A stretch of 64,000 nt of DNA from Paragordius varius. Lineage: Eukaryota; Animalia; Nematomorpha. Position 1 is the stretch's first letter. Each line of letters opens with the position of its first letter. Under the pieces are notes generated by a model that had not been told where the DNA came from, did no database searches, and worked only from the letters and a program-made list of their open reading frames with translations. The position numbers and the translations under genes are program-made. This document shows positions 1-12,600 of the stretch, piece by piece. The DNA lies in NCBI GenBank assembly GCA_964247055.1, contig OZ176054.1:5518001-5582000 (forward strand). The letters are read 5' to 3'.

Positions 1-99
1 TTGACAGTTTTAATTTAAACTCAGATGAGACGGAGAAATAAAAGTTATGTAATGACAATATAGATAGTGTTTATAAAAATGTGATAAATTTATTTGATG

Positions 100-1130
100 A
101 AAAACGTATCATAATTATGATAGTGCATTGATATAAGAAAAATATCATCACTTTTGTCGCAAGGCTTCATATTCAAAAATGGCAAAATTTGAGCATAGGG
201 ATGTGCTTTAGCCCCAAAATATCACTAAATATTAACTAATAAAGCAAAACAATATTTTAAAAAATTAATTTTAAGACTTTGGCTAATTCCCAAATATTTA
301 GCTACTCAGGTTTTTTAAAATATGCGCAAAAATGCTGATATGCAATATAAAATTTAAATATGTTAAATTTTGATATCAACTAAAATTCTTAATGAAATAT
401 TTAATTTTAAGTAAAATTTTGTTGAAACTTATTCATACTATATTAAGCATGATAGAAACAGTATTCACAAGCTTTAGATATTATAAAAACAATTTATCTA
501 TAAAGATGCCGATCCAATTTTGTTTACGAATTTTGATTTTAATAATGCGTCTTCAAATTTAGTTTGCTATAAATTAAGTTTTATACAAATATGAATAAAA
601 CAAATAAACCTTTAAATTAAAATTCTGAAGCGATAAAACAGCATCATCAAGTTATATAGAAAAAATATTTTTGTTAAATTTTTTAGCGTTTTTATACCGT
701 CATCATGCTTCACAAAATGAAGTACACTTCACAAAAGCTAAAATTTAGGTTTTGAAAAAATATGCATTTTATTAAAAAGTTAGTTGATATCAAAATTTAA
801 CATATTTCAATTAAACCTATCCGGCAACCTCGGCATTTTTGCGTTTATTTCAAGAAAACTATTCCATTTTAGAAAAGTGCAAAAAATTGAAACTTTTGGA
901 GGCATATCTAAAAAATTAAATTTAATAGAAATATTATTTTGCTTTTTATATGTAGATTATTATATATCTTATTGATATTGTTTGGATTAAAGCATTTAGC
1001 TTCCAAAAAAATTTGTTTAATAAAATGTGCGCGATTTTCGCTATCTTCTAATATGACGCAGTTACTACAAAAGTGATAATAAATTTCTTATATTACTCAG
1101 GGCCAAAACCAAAACCATACGATATATTTA
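100..1130. repeat. Diverged ~1-kb palindromic (foldback/MITE-like) element
   Basis: 356-383 (AAATATGTTAAATTTTGATATCAACTAA) is the exact reverse complement of 780-807; 147-157 pairs with 1067-1077; centre near 580-610. Ends are approximate and no TSD was resolved. Confidence 0.6.
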
Positions 1131-2739
1131 TCCACCATATATTTTATCAGGATATGTTTTTATACCCCCAGGTGTTTATCGCAATGTATATGGGGCATTG
1201 CCCCTTCAAGAAAAATTTAATATTTGCCTTTTTAAAATGTTTTGCTTACCAATTTACCACGCCAATACCTTTTGGGGTAATTTGGTATCCCAGAGCTATT
1301 TAAAATTCGAGTACTTAAAAAGTATTGAAGGTATTAAGCGGAATTAAAAAATATGCTTTTTAGCCTTTTATGCGCATTATACAATAAAGATTTTTTAAAA
1401 ATTAAAACCTCATCTGAAATTTTTGCCGCCATTTTTTTCTATGATTATAACACTTGGATACAATATATTCATCTCAGTCCTTTAATTCAAATTGGGATAG
1501 TTCGATATTCAGACCTGTTTAAAATTAAACTCTTGAAAAAATTTAGAAGGAATTGACCATGGCAAACACTTATTTAACATTAATATTTCATTTCAAATTA
1601 GGATATCTAAATACCCCGACAATTGTTAACTTATTTTTAAACCATTGAAAGAAGCTCATTCAATTAAATTTTGTGCTTCTATCCTAAAAAATTATATGAA
1701 TGAGCTTAAATATCTAAATAAAATTTGGTTCAAATTAATACGTATCAAAATACGGCGCATCTTTTATTTTACAAAATTTTTGCAAAATATCGGATAATAA
1801 AAATTTTTCTTGACTTGCAAGTTTTCATGTCATGGCTCGCTTTCATGCGAAAATATTAGACGAAAGTCAAGCAAGAAAACTTGATTCGCAGGTGATAAAG
1901 AATCATTTGATTAAAAAAACTTATAGATTTTGCAAGTGTGGTGTAGGGCACACTTGAAGAATTTTAAAAATATGGATAAAATTATTATGAAAACTCTTGT
2001 AATTATAACCTTTGTTAAGGAAATAAATTTTTATTTGATAAATTTCGGCTATCTAACCTATTCGAATTGGGTGGATACAAAACAAGATAAATTTTTTGAA
2101 AAACTCTGCTAATGTTTAAGAACATGGCATATAAAAATATGCTAAATATATCAATTCGTGAACCCGCAAAATTAATTCTCGAAAATTTCCTAAAATTAAT
2201 AATTAAATATTATTGTTAAAATTCAAATCTTCGTTTAATAAACGCTATTAATCATAAACTTATTTCGAATGTAATGTTGATTAATAATAATGTTATATTG
2301 CATAAATAACTTCCCATTATTTTTGCAAATGGACTCAAAACAAAATGAGCAATGTGGTAAAAAAAGAGAGTGTTCTAAGAGCGAATGGTTTCATCAACTT
2401 AAAAATTATTACCGGGCTCAATATTTAGAAAAATATATAATATTCAAAATAATACGGGCCAGTAAAAAACTTCAATAAATGCATATTGTATTAATTGTTC
2501 ATCTTTTTGTGCCTTATTTATCGAATTGGATGCCAAAAAAATGTTACATTCATAAGCAAAAGACTTCACTTAAGTGTTTTTACACCAATCAAGTTTACAC
2601 TTACTGGCTTAAGTAAGCATGCTCAACTTGCCACGCTTAACTTACAACTCAAGTGCGATTTTTTTATCACCCTACATATCGTGTTTATTTGAATTTAAAA
2701 CTAAAATTAAGTTTACTTATTTATTTGAATCACATTTAT

Positions 2740-3190
2740 CATTAATATAAAAAATGGAATATTTGCATTATTTTCCGATTTTGCCAATGCACACATGTCA
2801 TGTTGGCTAAATTTTTACCTTTGGGTTTTACCTTTAAATAAATAATATTTATTTATGAATAAAGTTTTTTATATATTCCGAATTAATGTTATGTAAGTGC
2901 AAAGTTTAGCCATGGTTTAAAATAAATCCATATTTTTTAAAATATTTAATTTTAAAACAGCCTGGGGTATCCTTTGAATTGAAGGACTGAAATGAATGTG
3001 TTGAAACCAAGTGTTAATGAACTGAAATAAATAAATTATTCCCAAATGGCATATTACTTATTTTAAGGTAAAACCACGGTAAAATTTGGTCAACATGATA
3101 TGTGTGCATCAGCTAAATTTAAAATAATATAAAATAAACCAATTTTTCTATTTTTATCAATGTTATATGATAATTTAAAAATTAGCTTTA
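2740..3190. repeat. Palindromic MITE-like element
   Basis: 2787-2836 is a near reverse complement of 3064-3109 (ATGCACACATGTCATGTTGG... versus ...CAACATGATATGTGTGCAT). Ends are approximate. Confidence 0.5.
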
Positions 3191-3648
3191 ATTTTAGTAA
3201 AATTTGAAACACGTTATTTTGAATGTTGCAAAACAAAAACTGCATTCAAGTAGTTTGACACAGAACTTTTTTTCCAAAACTAACTTTAAATAAGATATTT
3301 CGGCTTATTTATACAACTTCTATTAGGATAGAAGCATAAATAAACTGGGACCGTTTCTTTCAGTATTTTTTTAAAGAATAAACTAAAAATTAGTCTAAGG
3401 TATTTAGATAATCAAATTAGTATCCAAGTGCTTAATCCCTAATGCAACAGGCAAATAAATACACATTATGGTAAGACATGTAAATAATTAACTTTACAAA
3501 ACTTCCAGGATATATTTTACCAAAAACTTGATATATTTTGATTTTTACATCAGCTGCTACCTTCGTGTTTTGGAAGCTGACCCAATTTTATGCTTCAGAA
3601 GTTACAAAACTGTAAAAAATGTAAACATTTAAATCTAAAACATTAGAA

Positions 3649-6188
3649 CAGGGCTTCTTAAACTATAAGTCGCGACCCCGGGGTCGCGTAGCAAAATTAT
3701 GGGGTCGCGAGTGATAAAAATACAATTTAACAAAAAATGTATTTAACTTGTAAAATTATTGTTATAAAAAAAATAACAATCATCGTAGATAGATATATTA
3801 TAAAATCTTCTGGTTAAAAAGACTGTTTACCAGCATTTCTATTCCGAACATAGCTATGTTATTTCCAATGTTTTAATTAAGGTTGAAAAAAAGATTGTCT
3901 CTGGGAACATCTTTTAAAATAATAATTATATTAGTTGTTGTTGATGCTCTTCTGGTGTTGTAATTTGTCAGCGTCCCCTTTAACATTTTAGTTTTCTTTT
4001 ATTTACTCGGTATTAATAAATCAAATATAATCTGCAATACGTTATTTTTATATATTTATCGTATTTTAGGATAAAAATAATTTTTACAATGGATAAATGG
4101 GGAACTTAAATAAGAATGGTAATGACGCAGATGATAATCCAACAAATTCTTAGACTGGACAAAGTATTAAAGAGACATCTAATGTGCGAAAAAGAAAGTA
4201 TGATGTGCCTTTTCTTTAATTTGGCTTTACAAAATTGTAAGGGTAATCGTTTGATATACAAGCAATTATTGGCTTCCGAGAGTATGAAACCATCAAAATT
4301 ATAAAAATCTTGAACCAAAGCCAGTTTCGTATGTCAAACCTAAAGATTTTGAAGACTGTGTACTTTAAATAAAGAAAAGAAAAACATCGAAAAATTTATA
4401 ACCGTTAATGAAAAACATTTACTAGCATCATATGAAGTTTCATAGTATTGCTAAATATAAAAAGCCGTTCACCATTGGCGAAGATCTTGTGTTACTTGCT
4501 GCTATTAAAATGGTAGAAATACTACATGGAAAAACATATGGCGATGATTTCAAAAAATTCGTTGGTCGAACGACACTGTCTTGAATAGAATTTCAGATAT
4601 TAGCAAGGATCAATTAATACATACCGGAATTAAAGAATGCCCAAAATTTTCGATTCAGTTGGACGAAACAACTGATATTACTTTATTGGCTCAGTTGTTA
4701 GTATATAACCGGTACGTTTGTAAAAAAAGTGTGGAGGAAGAATTGATATTTTGTTGTCCTATGGAAGACCATACTACAGGCAAAGACATGCATCGTAAAG
4801 TTGACGAATTTTTAAAGCAGAAGGTTTAGAATGGAAAAATTGCTGTGGAATATGCACAGATGGTGCAAAGCGATGACGGACAAAAATTTTGCGTTTAAAT
4901 CATTTTTCAAGCTGCTTATTATGATCATATAACTTTTACTCACTGCCTTATTCACCGAGAGGCTTTTGCAGAAAAAAATAGCACCGGAATCGAACGATGT
5001 GCTTCAGGATGCTGTTAAGGTCATAAATTTTAAGAGCCATGCCCTTAACAGTCGCTTATTTTCAAATTTCTATAAGGATACGGATTCCAACTACACAACT
5101 TTGTTATTACATGCAGAAGTAAATTGGTTTTCAAAAGGCCAAAGTGTACAAAGATTATTGTTATAAAAGAACGAGATTGAAATATTTTTAACTGAACGAA
5201 AATGTGAATTTGCTGCTTTTTTTCAAAATGACTTGTGGCTTTCCAAGCTCTGTTATTCGTCACATATTTTTGCGAAGTTTCAAGGAAAAATGCGTTTATT
5301 TCAAACGATAAAATTGAAAGTTTTATTATCAGTTTGAAGTAGGGCCGAAAAAAATCGTTCGAAATGTTTTCCAGTGTCGACATTTTAGTAATTAAGAAAA
5401 TTTATTGTAAAACTATTGCAAAAACTATTGTAAATTACTTAAAAGCGCTAGAAATACAGTTTTATACATATTTCATATTATTATTCTACAAAAAATAGTT
5501 TGGATTCAAAAGCCGTTTTAGATTGGCTTAAGCGATATTGATCATCTGCTACTTAAAGCTCAAGAGGAATTTGCTGAGCTTTCATGTGACTCAAACTTAA
5601 AACTACAATTCCAACAAAAGCCCTTGAATGAATTCTGGTCGGAACTAGAACAAAATTTCTCACAATCGCCGATATGGCGTTAAATGTACTTCTGCCATTC
5701 AACACCACATATTTATGTTAAGTTATTTTCTCAGCTATAACACACATTAAATCCCAATATCGTTCAGCGATAAAAAATGGTGAAGAGGTCTTACGCCCAG
5801 CAGTTTCAAACAATACACCAAGATTTCATTTATGCAATAAAAAACAGGCACATCCAGCTCATTAAATTTCTAACATAAACTTTAATTTAATATTTACCAC
5901 GCAAATACTTGGATATATTCGAGTGAATTAAGACGGTCAAAATATATCCACTTTTGTTTTTAAAAATAAAAACGTTTCAATATCATTTTGTGCAAATTTC
6001 AATTTTAGATATTTTTATGTTTCAAAACGAATTTTAAATTTATATATTTTCATATGCATATGTATATATATTGTTACTTAATAAATATATCATCAAAAAA
6101 TATTAATTTATTTTTGTTTTATATTTGTAGGGGTCTTTTAGCTCGCAATTATAAATGGGTTCTGGAAGCAAAACTTTAATAAGCCCTG
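3649..6188 (+). mobile_element. hAT DNA transposon, Buster/Charlie-type, decayed
   Basis: TIRs CAGGGCTTCTTAAA (3649) and TTTAATAAGCCCTG (ends 6188), one mismatch. Exact 8-bp TSD CATTAGAA at 3641-3648 and 6189-6196 with central TA. Subterminal GGGGTCGCG motifs. Confidence 0.93.
4089..5865 (+). pseudogene. Frameshifted Buster/ZBED5-SCAND3-like hAT transposase
   Basis: Fragments FSIQLDETTDITLLAQLLVY, CCPM..TTGKD, LLLHAEVNWFSKGQ, LLPFNTTYLC and the C-terminal QAHPAH* match the Buster-type transposase pattern; several stops and frameshifts. Confidence 0.88.
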
Positions 6189-6628
6189 CATTAGAACAAT
6201 GTCTGAAATTAAAATTTTAACTGAATGAGCTCTGGGGTATAAATTAGCCCAATATGCACCCTAGACAAAATGAAAATGTAATGAAGTGTTGAGAAACATC
6301 CCATTTTTATAGGTCAAAATTCTTTTCTAAATCCACAATGCATTTTAGCCTGTAATTTTAGATTTTTACGATGCCACTGAAACAAAAAACAGCGCTTCTT
6401 TATATAAAAATTACGCTAATAAAATGGTAAAATAATTATTGAAATAACAAATTTCACAATATAGGGAGATATAATAACGGTTCTCTTAATTGGATGTCAT
6501 AAATTTTATAGAATTCTTATAAAGTCCAAGGGTCGTTATGTCACTCAAAATACCACAACGGATGATAGAGTTTGAAGAGCACTGTCATATGTTTTATAAA
6601 ATTTCGCTAACCATGCACCGCTTATAAA

Positions 6629-9600
6629 ATGGTTTTGAACGAGCCGCTGAAGTTTAAATTTTGATAATATAGAATAAATATGATAGTTGGGATTGGAAAT
6701 CCACTTTTAGACATTATATCACACGTAGATGAAAATTTCCTTTTCAAGTAATATAACATGTTTATACTAGATATAATTTGAAAAGCGACGATGCAATATT
6801 AGCAAGTCCAGAACATATGCCCATGTAAGATAATAATTTATTTAGTACAGATATGATGAATTAATAAAGCGTGATGATGTAATGTTTGCCCCTGGCGGCG
6901 CTGTACAAAATTCATTAAAGATTTTTCAAGTTTTTTTTTAATTTTATATATTAATAACTCCTTACTATTCCATTTATCCTACAGTGGATAATTGGTAAAC
7001 CTAATCTTACAACTTTTATGGGGGCGATTGGTAATGATAAATACGGTCAAATTATGAAACATAAAATGGAATCTTTTGGCGTAAACACCATTTATGATTA
7101 CAAAGATGATCATTCTACTGGGACTTGTGCAGTTCTTGTTGATAAAGATAAACGGTAAATGTATTTGTCAAGGCTACATATGTGTAGTTTTTTTTATTTT
7201 GTGCCTTCTTCAATTTCACAAACATTGCCAATAAACTTAACTGCACACATACTACTTATGTATTAAGTAACAAATAGTGTAACATTGCAACAATGTTTGT
7301 TTAAAATACATATGTGTATTTTCTATATGAGAATTATTAGCAAACCTTAAAGGTAATTTTTTAAAAAAATGATTTATAATAAAAATCTTTTATATTTTGA
7401 TCTATAAAAACCTTTGTAGAATTTACGGAAAATTTTCGACATTTTTATGTTATACTGCCCCTATTTTTAATTTTAATACATTTTATGCGGATATGTTTGT
7501 TTGCATTGTTTAAAATATATAAAATGGATGAGAAATATCAGTTAAAAAAAAGACGTTTGGCAAAAAGGCCAATCACGGTCATTTTGGACACAACATGACT
7601 ATTTTTAATAGCATTTGCCAAATTATTATAAAATATTTAATATTTCTTAGCATTTTAAGTTTTACCTAACAAAAATTTAATATATTTATTTAACTTCCTA
7701 TCAGTCAAAAAAATATTAAACATGCTTACAGTTAAAAACCATAGAGATGCGGTCTGAGCCAATTTTTTCAGATGATACTATTAAGGATTATACTCATTTT
7801 TTTGGTATCATATCATCACGTGTGCTTAATATAACGTCATAGAATAATATTTTTGCCATATACCATAAAATGTTTTTTTACCTTTTTATGGTAAACAAAC
7901 TTTTAACATTCAGTTTGGTATATTTATGTCACATGCCTTTATCAATATTATTTACCTGAAAGTTATGTTTAGTGACGCACATGAGTAATTTATGCATAAT
8001 AATAATCTATATGGTGTTTTAAGTATTTATAAGGTTAAATTTCTTCATTACTTGACGATTCTTGATTATTATTATTTGTAATGTTTATCGATCATAAACA
8101 TTAACGCATCGTTTAATACATCGATTAATTATGTTTAATATAGGTTTTTTTCAAGAAATTTTAATCTAATTTTTTATATAGAAATTGGTTTGTGGAGCAG
8201 TTTCCACCCATGATAATTTCCTCGTTAATTTTTTTCATTAGGAAAATTATTATATAAGGCTATCTTTGATACAACTCAGCTCTGCTGTACCGTGATATTA
8301 TTTATTTAAAATATCCAAAAATTTTATTTATTTAAAGACTTAACTCTAATTCGTAAATTATTTGCAAATATTGTTAATTTATTTATAGGCATAATTTGTT
8401 GAATTATAATACGCAACCATTAATTTTACCCATATTTATATAAAAGTAAAATTTTGACTTTGAAACAATTTTCCAAAGGTGTGACCTTAGTAGGTTTTTA
8501 CAAGAGCGCCGAACATAGTCCGGCCACTTTTTTAAATTAGCCCCCCTCCCTTGTCATAATATGACATTTGCTAGAAAAGACTAAATTTACAAGGTAATTT
8601 CTAAATTTATGGGATTATATGGATCAAATCATAGTTTTTAGTATTTTGTTTGAAGACAAAATTTTATTATAGTGCTTTTCATAAATATGTACGTCACAGC
8701 TTAAGTTTAACTTGGCATAAAAGTTTTGATTAGAAATTTTTTGAGCTAGTTATTAGAATATTTACCCACATGCTGACTTCTGAGTTAAGTACGAAATTTA
8801 TATCTTTACTAGCGTAAATCTCGTGCTGCTAAGCAGCCCGAGGAAGTCCTTTGGACTTCTGTAAGGGGGGGGGCATATTTAATTTTATAAGCAATTTTAT
8901 AGCACGTAGTTTTAAAATGATTCACCTAGTCTCATAAGTTTTCTAAAATTTGGCTCCAAAGGCATGCTGTATCGATATGATGGCGCAGTTGTAGGCGGGT
9001 ACGACCCACTACTCAGAGGCGAATATAAAAATGTAGTTAGATAAAAAAATTTGCCTTTAAACCTGGAATCATCATTCATTTCTATTAGTTTATGGAAGAA
9101 TGGCTTCAAAACTAAATAATAGTTCAATGATAGCGCATTTTTTAGGGAATAAAGGGCCTATTTAACGACTAATTCAAAAAATCCCCTCGACTTAAATTTT
9201 TGACTTTTTACGGGTAATACTTTAAGCAGCTATTTAACTCCTATGGCCTGATAGGTTTTCTGAGATTTAGCCCCAAAAGCACTCTATTTCGATATGACCG
9301 ATCAGTTTGTCGCGGGTAGCTCCTTACTCAGCAGCTATTATCAAAGAAACGCTTGACTAAAATTTTTCCCTATTAACAGGAAATGCGTGGAATCCTTATT
9401 AAATTTTTACGGTCTCATACCTTGGGCGAAGAATAGAATCAAAAAATTATTTTTGTGGACTTTGTTTTTTGAAAAAAATGGCATTTTACGGGGGGAGAGG
9501 GTAAAAAGAGCGCCTAAATTAAAAAAGCAAGACGACTATGTTCGGCGCAATCGAAAATAAGTAAACAAATATTATATTTGTAATTGAATGGTCAAACACG

Positions 9601-12600
9601 TTCTTCGGAAAATTGTCTCAAAGACACGATTTTTGTGAACTTCTGTTTTCAAAAAAACCCGTTTTTACACGGGGTGGGCCCGAACTAGGGGCCTAATTCA
9701 AAAAAGGGCGAATCTATTGTCGAGGCATTCATTAATGATTATATTTTTTCGAAGTTTGGATTTGGATGGGTCTACCGGTTTTCCGGTACCAGATCACAAA
9801 GCCAGCATTTTCCATTTTTATAAATATATAAATAATAACAAAAATAAGGACACATGCTATAATATTTATTAAAAAAAAGATCATAAATGCATTAGAGGAT
9901 TCAGATCTAATATATAAAATAAAAAATTGCTAAACGAATTATTGTTATAGGTAAATGAGCGTTTATATCGTTTTATTGTAACTATCAATTAATAGACTTG
10001 ACCAAGATTTTGTGATTTTACAATATTACCTTTTTGGATGATGTATTTTACAGTAATATTAATAATTTTCTTTATAATTATAGGTCATTGTGTGCACATT
10101 TGGGAGCAGCCCAAAAATTTTCAAAGGCACATTATTTGCAACATTTGAAGATCATTCATCAAGCTCAATACTTTTATATATCGGTAATTCAATTTATACA
10201 AATATAAATTTATATATACTTTAAGAATATCCTTTTTTATTGTATATAAGCTTTTATTTTGAAAAAAAATAAAGTTTAAAACTAATACGTTTCTCATATA
10301 CCTGGCAAGATTTACATTTAGGGAAAAAAATACCTATCTTTTAGGATAAAAGACTTTTAAACTTCCAAAACGAACAATTAATCCGAAAAAGCTTGGCATT
10401 ACATCAGGCCGTAATCGTTTTTATATCCAAGTTTTGCAAAATGTAGCCAATCATTGTCATGTTAAATAATTTTTCCATTTATAAAATGACTTTAATGGCT
10501 TAACATTATGCCTAATTGGTATCCTGGATCATAAATGGTTTTCTTTCGTACCAATCGCAGTATTATAAACACCTCGTCGATATAAACAAATGATAGGGAA
10601 TAATATTAAAAATTATCAATTAAAAATATCATTTTAAATGTGAACTATATATTTTTTAAAAAAATTTTTAACTGCCGCATGATCTGTTTTTGGCATAAAA
10701 TTTGACATTTCAAGACTATTGCCCATGTGAAGGTTGAAACAATGTTTATACATTCGTTCTTTTGGTGAAGATAAAAAGCTCATCCTACCTTCACTTGCGT
10801 GCTATAAAACGAGCATATAAAATTGAGGATCGTAGGATTTTTAATACGTAATAACTTTTGAACTATATGGAATTTTTGATTTCTGAAAAGTTTTCCAAAT
10901 AAAGTAAACACTATATTATAATATTTTAGCTGACAAAAGATTATTTGTTGAAAGTATTATCAAAAATTTTAATTATATTAGAAGACATTAAAACTAAATA
11001 AATACTTGGGTATTTTTTATTAATTAGTAATTTTTAGTCCAGTATAATTTTCGTTGGCAATTAAAACTAAAAATGCCATATAATTACTATCCATCAACAT
11101 TCGACACTATAGTGGATAATCCTGGATATATATCATATTTTAATCGTCCAAGTAAGTTTCTTAAATCTTTTTTTATCTATTATTTATAGGCTTGGTCCCA
11201 TATCTCAGACATCATCCAGTCCGAGTCTGGCTACTTGTTCAGCGACTGTTCCTCCTCAAACGATCGAAGCTCGGGTTCCTGCTCGGTATATTTATAAACT
11301 CATTTATCCATTTTGCATTGTGTATATCTATTATTTATAGGTTTGGTCCCATCCCACAGACAACATCTAGTCCGAGGCTGGCTATTCGTTCAGCGACTGT
11401 TCCTCCTCAAATGATCGAAGCTCATGCATAATCTGATGTTGTTGTATAACTTAATAACTTTGTCCACTGTAAATGCTTTTGGTACCAAAGTGTTGAATTC
11501 TTTGGTTAAAAGAATCCAATGCTTTCTTTTTTGGTATGATGTGTGTTTGTGGGATACTATAATTCGATAGCTAAATTTAAAAAAAATAATACCTTTTTTC
11601 TATTAAATGTACGAGTATTAAGCGAAAATCAATACGAGAGCTTTTCTTAGCCGATTTTTTAATATGTGGCTTCATCGGAAATCAACCTCAAAAAGTACAC
11701 TCAACATTCACATAAAATAAACATATGATTTAAAACGAGCATATTTCGGTGAAAGTAGAGACACCTTCACATGGGCCTATAAGAAGCTTTTGCACAATAA
11801 CTTTCTTGAGTTATATGGATGTCCGATTTCCTGTCAATTTATACAATTAAACTATTATTATAATAACCTGTATTTGAAAGCCAAAATTGTTTTTGAGTCA
11901 TGGCTTTTTTATAGGTAAATATCCGCCAAATCGATCTATTGCAAGTTAAAAAAGTGAAATTTTACAGAGGTTTGGGATTTAAATTTTTTGTCTGCGCATA
12001 CAGCGACTATGGCCCATGTGAAGGTGTCTCTACCTTCACCGAAATGCGCTCGTTTTAAATCATATGTTTATTTTATGTGAATGTTGAGTGTACTTTTTGA
12101 GGTTGATTTCCGATGAAGCCACATATTAAAAAATCGGCTAAGAAAAGCTCTCGTATTGATTTTCGCTTAATACTCGTACATTTAATAGAAAAAAGGTATT
12201 ATTTTTTTTAAATTTAGCTATCGAATTATAGTATCCCACAAACACACATCATACCAAAAAAGAAAGCATTGGATTCTTTTAACCAAAGAATTCAACACTT
12301 TGGTACCAAAAGCATTTACAGTGGACAAAGTTATTAAGTTATACAACAACATCAGATTATGCATGAGCTTCGATCATTTGAGGAGGAACAGTCGCTGAAC
12401 GAATAGCCAGCCTCGGACTAGATGTTGTCTGTGGGATGGGACCAAACCTATAAATAATAGATATACACAATGCAAAATGGATAAATGAGTTTATAAATAT
12501 ACCGAGCAGGAACCCGAGCTTCGATCGTTTGAGGAGGAACAGTCGCTGAACAAGTAGCCAGACTCGGACTGGATGATGTCTGAGATATGGGACCAAGCCT

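Noticed and set aside
784-2692. Short ORFs of 60-80 aa rich in F/I/K/L/N (and similar ones throughout the window)
   Set aside because: Expected by chance in AT-rich DNA; no domain motifs, and many use non-ATG starts.
11192-12596. Two identical 79-aa ORFs (11192-11431 + and 12357-12596 -) as a duplicated gene
   Set aside because: They start at a non-ATG codon, read through a probable intron and simply mirror the two inverted elements.
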